From Candidatus Omnitrophota bacterium (GTDB taxonomy: Bacteria > Omnitrophota > Omnitrophia > Omnitrophales > Aquincolibacteriaceae): 64,000 bases of DNA. Under the pieces are notes generated by a model, which saw only the letters and a list, made by a program, of their open reading frames with translations, searched no databases and was not told the DNA's origin. This document shows, piece after piece, positions 59,505 through 64,000 of this stretch. Numbering within the stretch: the stretch's first letter is position 1; each line of letters begins with the position of its first letter. Both the position numbers and the translations under genes were made by a program. The DNA lies in the NCBI GenBank assembly GCA_903884815.1, contig CAISGE010000043.1, positions 701 through 64,700 on the forward strand, given 5' to 3'.

Positions 59505-59655
59505 AGGCAGCATGTCGTTCAGGGTATGTTGTAGGTAGCAATCCACATTTTTTTCGACATACTACATACGACCTGCCATATACAATGCGTTCTATTTACG
59601 TTATCATCAATCACTGATTCTGAAACGGATCGGTCAAACTGAAAGAGGTATCAAA

Positions 59656-60237
59656 ATGTCCTTCACGCTCCCCGAACTGCCTTACGCCATGGACGCCCTT
59701 GCCCCGCAGATCAGCAAGGAAACGCTCGAATATCATTACGGCAAGCATCACAACGCCTATGTCACGAACCTCAACAAACTGACGGACGGGAAACCGGAAG
59801 CCGGAAAATCCCTCGAAGAACTGATCAAGACCGCCAAGGGCCCGATCTTTAATAATGCGGCACAGGTCTGGAATCACACCTTCTACTGGAACTGCCTGAA
59901 ACCCCAGGGCGGCGGCGAACCCACGGGAGCTCTGGCGGATGCGATCAATGTGTCCTTCGGAAGCTTTGAGGAGTTCAAGACCCTTTTCACCAGCATGTCG
60001 GTCGGACTTTTCGGGTCGGGTTGGGCCTGGCTTGTAAAGGACGAGGATGGAACGCTCGGTATCGAAGCGATGTCAAACGCCGGATGCCCTCTCACGAATG
60101 GTCAGACACCGCTTCTTACCTGCGACGTCTGGGAACATGCTTATTACGTCGATTACCGGAACGCCCGCGCGAAATACGTGGAAACATTCTGGAATCTCGT
60201 CAATTGGGAGTTTGTTTCAAAGAATTTACAGGGGTAA
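59656..60237 (+). CDS. sod: Superoxide dismutase [Fe/Mn]
   Basis: LPELPYAMDALAPQISKETLEYHYGKHH and the DVWEHAYY motif. Confidence 0.9.
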   Translation: MSFTLPELPYAMDALAPQISKETLEYHYGKHHNAYVTNLNKLTDGKPEAGKSLEELIKTAKGPIFNNAAQVWNHTFYWNCLKPQGGGEPTGALADAINVSFGSFEEFKTLFTSMSVGLFGSGWAWLVKDEDGTLGIEAMSNAGCPLTNGQTPLLTCDVWEHAYYVDYRNARAKYVETFWNLVNWEFVSKNLQG

Positions 60238-60240
60238 ATT

Positions 60241-60382
60241 CTCGTACGGCGAAAGGTGTACGGCGTACAGCGCAGAGTCAAAAGGCCCGGTCTTGATTTT
60301 AAGATCGGGCCTTTTTATTGTTCCAAATATTCTTCATGAACCATTTGATTTTTGCCGTACTCCGTACGCCTTACGCCGTACT
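60241..60382. repeat. GTACGG-type palindromic element whose two arms (60241-60270 and 60348-60382) bracket the sod terminator
   Basis: CGTACGGCGAAAGGTGTACGGCGTACAGCG ... GCCGTACTCCGTACGCCTTACGCCGTAC. Confidence 0.55.
60280..60319. terminator. Rho-independent terminator (GGCCCGGUCUU / AAGAUCGGGCC stem plus U-tract), bidirectional for sod and the TPR gene
   Basis: Read directly. Confidence 0.7.
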
Positions 60383-60872
60383 AGTTCAGCATCGATTGCA
60401 TGCGTGAGATGGCTTTTCCTGCAAGAGAATATTCGGGGTTCTGTTCAAGGGCATGCCTGTAAGCTTCAAGCGCCTGAGCCCAATCGCCCTGATGCTCCCA
60501 AACGCGTCCCAGATTATACCAGGCGTAAAAACGCCCGTCATAGCGCTCTGCCACCGTGGCCTTCTCCAGCCACGTAAGAGCCTCGTCCCAACGTCCTGTC
60601 TCGATCATATAGGCCCCGATATCGTTATAGGGATTTCCGTATTCGGGATCAAGCCGAATGGCCTTTTCACACTCGCGGATCGCGTCTCCATACTGACCTT
60701 TGACGCTGAGGGCCCAGCCCAGGCACGTGTGCGCCTCAGGCGTAGCTTGTGAAACAATGGATTTCCTGTAAAGCACGATTGCCTCATCCACTTTGCCGGC
60801 CATTTGCATTTCATAGGCCTCCCGAAGGAATTTTGCCGCCTCTTCATCTTTATTCAGATTAAATTCATTCAT
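60381..60872 (-). CDS. Tetratricopeptide repeat protein
   Basis: Four or five TPR units (W-LG-Y-A-F-A-P pattern). Confidence 0.7.
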   Translation of the reverse strand: MNEFNLNKDEEAAKFLREAYEMQMAGKVDEAIVLYRKSIVSQATPEAHTCLGWALSVKGQYGDAIRECEKAIRLDPEYGNPYNDIGAYMIETGRWDEALTWLEKATVAERYDGRFYAWYNLGRVWEHQGDWAQALEAYRHALEQNPEYSLAGKAISRMQSMLN

Positions 60873-60888
60873 TTTTCATCCATGGTGG

Positions 60889-60963
60889 TTGGGGGAACGG
60901 GAAACGGTGAACGGGTAACGAAAAGGGCTTTTACGTTCAACGTTCCCCTTTAGCCGTTCCCCG
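60889..60963. repeat. Heptad-periodic palindromic element, GGGAAC/AACGG-type
   Basis: GGGGAACGGGAAACGGTGAACGGGTAACG ... CGTTCAACGTTCCCCTTTAGCCGTTCCCC. Confidence 0.6.
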
Positions 60964-60967
60964 GTTA

Positions 60968-61603
60968 TTAGAATTTCATGTAAGGGTTCGTGCGTCTCTC
61001 ATTTCCGATAGTCGAGGAATCCGCATCTCCATAGGCGTGCCCCGGAAAAACCTGCAGAGATCCATCGAGACCGGCAAGACGCTTGAGGCTTTGCATCAAC
61101 TTCTTCTCATCCCCGCCCGGAAGATCGCATCGGCCGCAGGCGCCCACAAAGAGCGTATCGCCCGTCACGAGCTTCTCTCCAACCTGGATGCACTGAGCGC
61201 CTTCCGTGTGGCCGGGCGTGTGAAGAAAGATCATCTCCACGGCCCCAATCTTGAGCGTAAAACCTTCCTTCGTTTCTATGAGCTGTTTCGAGGCAACGTC
61301 CTTCAGGAATTTCGCTTCATTCGCGTGAACATAGATCTTTGCGCCGGTCTTTTCGACGAGGGCCTCGACGCCATTCGCGTGATCAAAATGCGTGTGCGTC
61401 AGGATCCCCGCGACGACCTTCATCCCGTCTTTCTCGGCCTCCTTCAGGATCGCATCCACGTCCCAGGCCGGATCCACCACCGCGCATTCCTTGACCTTCT
61501 TGTCCCCGATCAGGTAGACAAAATTCCCCATATAGCCGACGGAGATCTGCTTGAAATACAAGTCTGGGCTACCCACAACAGCAGCATCCCTTACTCTTCT
61601 CAT
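60968..61603 (-). CDS. MBL-fold metallo-hydrolase (hydroxyacylglutathione hydrolase-like)
   Basis: THTHFDHANG zinc-binding motif. The start as drawn overlaps folA by 35 nt, so the true start is uncertain. Confidence 0.7.
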   Translation of the reverse strand: MRRVRDAAVVGSPDLYFKQISVGYMGNFVYLIGDKKVKECAVVDPAWDVDAILKEAEKDGMKVVAGILTHTHFDHANGVEALVEKTGAKIYVHANEAKFLKDVASKQLIETKEGFTLKIGAVEMIFLHTPGHTEGAQCIQVGEKLVTGDTLFVGACGRCDLPGGDEKKLMQSLKRLAGLDGSLQVFPGHAYGDADSSTIGNERRTNPYMKF

Positions 61604-62057
61604 AATAGATCACCTCAAGCAACGGATCGTCCTGGATTTTGAGTCTTTTCTTCTCGGTGAAAGCGGCCGGAATCTCCGGGTAGAGAACGTCACCCTCGAA
61701 ATCCGCATGGATACGGGTCAGATAGATCGCATCCACACGATCGATGGTGGTCCTGTAAAGCATCGCCCCCCCGATAATGAAGGCGTGTTCGGTCTTGACG
61801 CTTTTCAAAGCCTCGTCCAAGGACGCAAAAAAGGTCTGTCCGGGATAGGGTTTCTGCCCGCTCTGGTCCAAAATGATATTGGTACGACCCGGCAAGGCTT
61901 TGCAACCAAGGCTTTCAAACGTCTTGAGCCCCATGATCACAGTCTGTCCCAAAGTCGTCGCCTTGAAATGCTGAAGATCCTTGGAGAAATGCCACGGGAG
62001 CTGATTCCCCTTCCCGATCACGCGGTTATTCGCCACTGCAACGATATGAAATAACAT
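61569..62057 (-). CDS. folA: Dihydrofolate reductase
   Basis: Start moved to MLFHIVAVANNRVIGKGNQLPW, which has a GGAG RBS. The upstream in-frame extension runs into a repeat element. Confidence 0.8.
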   Translation of the reverse strand: MLFHIVAVANNRVIGKGNQLPWHFSKDLQHFKATTLGQTVIMGLKTFESLGCKALPGRTNIILDQSGQKPYPGQTFFASLDEALKSVKTEHAFIIGGAMLYRTTIDRVDAIYLTRIHADFEGDVLYPEIPAAFTEKKRLKIQDDPLLEVIYYEKSKGCCCCG

Positions 62058-62105
62058 AAGCGGTATAGATTCTCCTTTTCTGTTTTGTGGCCCGAACAAG
62101 TTAAA

Positions 62106-62166
62106 CGAGTACGGCGTCTCGCGTACGGCGCTTTCCCTCCGTACTCTGTACGCCTTACACCGTACG
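62106..62166. repeat. GTACGG-type palindromic element between thyA and folA
   Basis: CGAGTACGGCGTCTCGCGTACGGCG ... CCGTACTCTGTACGCCTTACACCGTACG. Confidence 0.6.
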
Positions 62167-62961
62167 CTAAACGGCCACCGGCGCTTTGATCGCCGGATGC
62201 GGGTCATAATTTTCGAGCGTAAAGTCTTCGAATTTGAAATCGAAAATATTTTTTACAGCCGGGCTCAGCTTCATGATGGGAAGCGCGCGAGGCTCCCGCG
62301 ACAACTGAAGATCCACCTGTTCGAGATGGTTCCGGTAAATATGCACATCCCCAAAGGTGTGGATGAATTCCCCGGGTTGAAGCCCCGTCACCTGCGCCAT
62401 CATCAGAGTAAGAAGAGCGTAAGACGCGATGTTGAACGGCACTCCGAGAAAAACATCAGCGCTCCGCTGATAAAGCTGGCAGGAAAGCCTGCCGCCCAGG
62501 ACATAGAACTGGAAGAACGCGTGACAGGGCGGCAGCGCCATTTTCTCGATCTCGCCGGCATTCCAGGCGCTCACAATAATGCGCCTGCTATCCGGATTCG
62601 TCCGGATCATTTCCACCGCCTGAGAGATCTGATCCATGACCGTGCCGTCCGTGCGCTTCCAGGCACGCCACTGAGCCCCGTAAACCGGCCCCAGATCCCC
62701 ATTCGCATCCGCCCACTCATCCCAGATCGTAACGCCGTTATCCTTCAGGAACTTGATGTTCGTATCGCCCCTGAGAAGCCAGAGCAACTCATAGATCACG
62801 GCTTTGGTATAAACTTTCTTGGTGGTCAAAAGGGGAAAACCACGAGCAAGATCAAAACGCATTTGATAGCCGAACGTGCTGATCGTTCCGGTGCCCGTGC
62901 GATCCTGCTTTTCAGTCCCGTGATCCCGGATATGCCTTAAAAGATCCAGATATTGTTTCAT
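62167..62961 (-). CDS. thyA: Thymidylate synthase
   Basis: N-terminal [21 protein letters not shown] signature. 264 aa. Confidence 0.9.
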   Translation of the reverse strand: MKQYLDLLRHIRDHGTEKQDRTGTGTISTFGYQMRFDLARGFPLLTTKKVYTKAVIYELLWLLRGDTNIKFLKDNGVTIWDEWADANGDLGPVYGAQWRAWKRTDGTVMDQISQAVEMIRTNPDSRRIIVSAWNAGEIEKMALPPCHAFFQFYVLGGRLSCQLYQRSADVFLGVPFNIASYALLTLMMAQVTGLQPGEFIHTFGDVHIYRNHLEQVDLQLSREPRALPIMKLSPAVKNIFDFKFEDFTLENYDPHPAIKAPVAV

Positions 62962-63989
62962 GAAGTTTGTGCCGGACCGTCCGGAAGGCCTGTCCCGGAT
63001 TCTTTGGGTGGAACTTTGGCAAATCCCGGGAGAGCCACTTCTTTCACAAAGTGCGTGTCATCCACATTCAAATCATCAAAAAAAGAACTCTTAAGAGAAA
63101 AAACGGATCCGTCTGCGGAACTCTTCACGTAATAGCAATCCCCTTCCGCAGACTTCGTCCCGGACTTAAGGATCTGCTTGGCATTGTTCTCGGTGACGAT
63201 CAGCTGCCAGACGGGTTTCTCCAATCCATACTTCGTCCCATCGGGAGCCACGACCTTTTCGGCCCGTACACTGTTCATCGTCGCAATGAATTTCACAACT
63301 TTGTCGGAATCCAAGGGAAGCCGCATCTCTTGGCGGAGAAATTTCCAGGTGCTCTGGGCGGGATCCTTGGGATCGACTTCGCGCACGAGTCCTGCCACCA
63401 TGTTTTGCTCGGTCCCCTTGGCAAGGTAGATTTGGATCTTCGTCACCTTCTCGGGATCCAGGTTGAAGAGCCGGAGATCGACCCAAAAATCGCCTGAGGG
63501 CTTGGCTGTTTCGAGATCCATGAAAATCCCCAGGCTCTCCGGCAGATCCCCCTCAACACGATAAACATCCGCGCTTCCGGATTTACGGATAAAAGAACCT
63601 CCGGCGCCGTCCTTCTTGGCCCCGACCCGAAGATCCAGAAGCGGCACATCCCCCGTCCCCAGACACTTGATCGAAAAGGAATCCGTGTCGTCTATTCCGA
63701 AATCCTTAAAAAGTTCTTTCCCCGTCCCGCGCAGTTCCCCTCGTGCCAAAATAAGTTGCCCGATAAGTTTATCCACTTTCTCGGAGTTCGCCGGAGCATT
63801 CCAGAGGCTTTTGACTTTCCAGACGCCGTTCTCTCTTGCGAGTTCGACAGGCTCCGTCTCAGCTCCGCGAGAGACCAAGATCCTCTCGACTTTGGCTGAG
63901 TCAAAATTCGCAAGAGCAGCCCCCGTTCGCTGTGAGGAATTCTCTCTCTCCCCCGCGAAACGGACCCAGGTTTTGAGAAGTATCCCCAT
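62958..63989 (-). CDS. Hypothetical protein (possibly DUF4340-like), N-terminus may extend beyond the window
   Basis: ORF overlaps the thyA start by 4 nt. No confident family call. Confidence 0.4.
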   Translation of the reverse strand: MGILLKTWVRFAGERENSSQRTGAALANFDSAKVERILVSRGAETEPVELARENGVWKVKSLWNAPANSEKVDKLIGQLILARGELRGTGKELFKDFGIDDTDSFSIKCLGTGDVPLLDLRVGAKKDGAGGSFIRKSGSADVYRVEGDLPESLGIFMDLETAKPSGDFWVDLRLFNLDPEKVTKIQIYLAKGTEQNMVAGLVREVDPKDPAQSTWKFLRQEMRLPLDSDKVVKFIATMNSVRAEKVVAPDGTKYGLEKPVWQLIVTENNAKQILKSGTKSAEGDCYYVKSSADGSVFSLKSSFFDDLNVDDTHFVKEVALPGFAKVPPKESGTGLPDGPAQTS

Positions 63990-64000
63990 AGCGAGAACTC

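Overview
The window divides into two compositionally distinct parts. Positions 1 to about 10216 are a low-GC (roughly 40%) integrative element cut by the window start: a complete Type I R-M operon (hsdR-hsdM-hsdS), a small HTH plus lipoprotein pair, three uncharacterised cargo genes and a large serine recombinase. The recombinase 3' end abuts a tRNA-Asn(GUU) gene. That tRNA is itself interrupted by a 232-nt group I intron. A small GIY-YIG nuclease gene bracketed by 25-bp direct repeats sits immediately upstream of it. The rest of the window (about 58% GC) is core chromosome. It carries gpmA, a secreted rubrerythrin, hemW, a SulP permease, an amino-acid permease, a DAACS symporter, an MFS transporter, a prepilin-like protein, msrBA, an ICMT-family methyltransferase, homospermidine synthase, an Fe-alcohol dehydrogenase, an LpxL-like acyltransferase, an RlmD-like methyltransferase, a HI0933-like flavoprotein, ygiQ, a peroxiredoxin, sod, TPR and MBL-fold proteins, and a thyA-folA operon. 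The dominant feature is one uninterrupted 23,457-nt ORF (35199..58655, minus strand, 7,818 aa). It begins with a signal peptide and contains a UPF1-like SF1 helicase, a GlnD/GlnE-like nucleotidyltransferase with HD and ACT domains, internal TM helices, a MetF-like barrel, a PglC-like phosphoglycosyl transferase and two tandem SAM-methyltransferase-like units, joined by exactly repeated linkers. A family of stop-codon-free, heptad-periodic palindromic repeat elements (GTACGG-type, GGGAAC/AACGG-type, CAACGCG-type) is scattered through the core region, in intergenic spacers, at ORF termini and in-frame inside the 5' kilobase of the giant gene. No rRNA or CRISPR array was seen.
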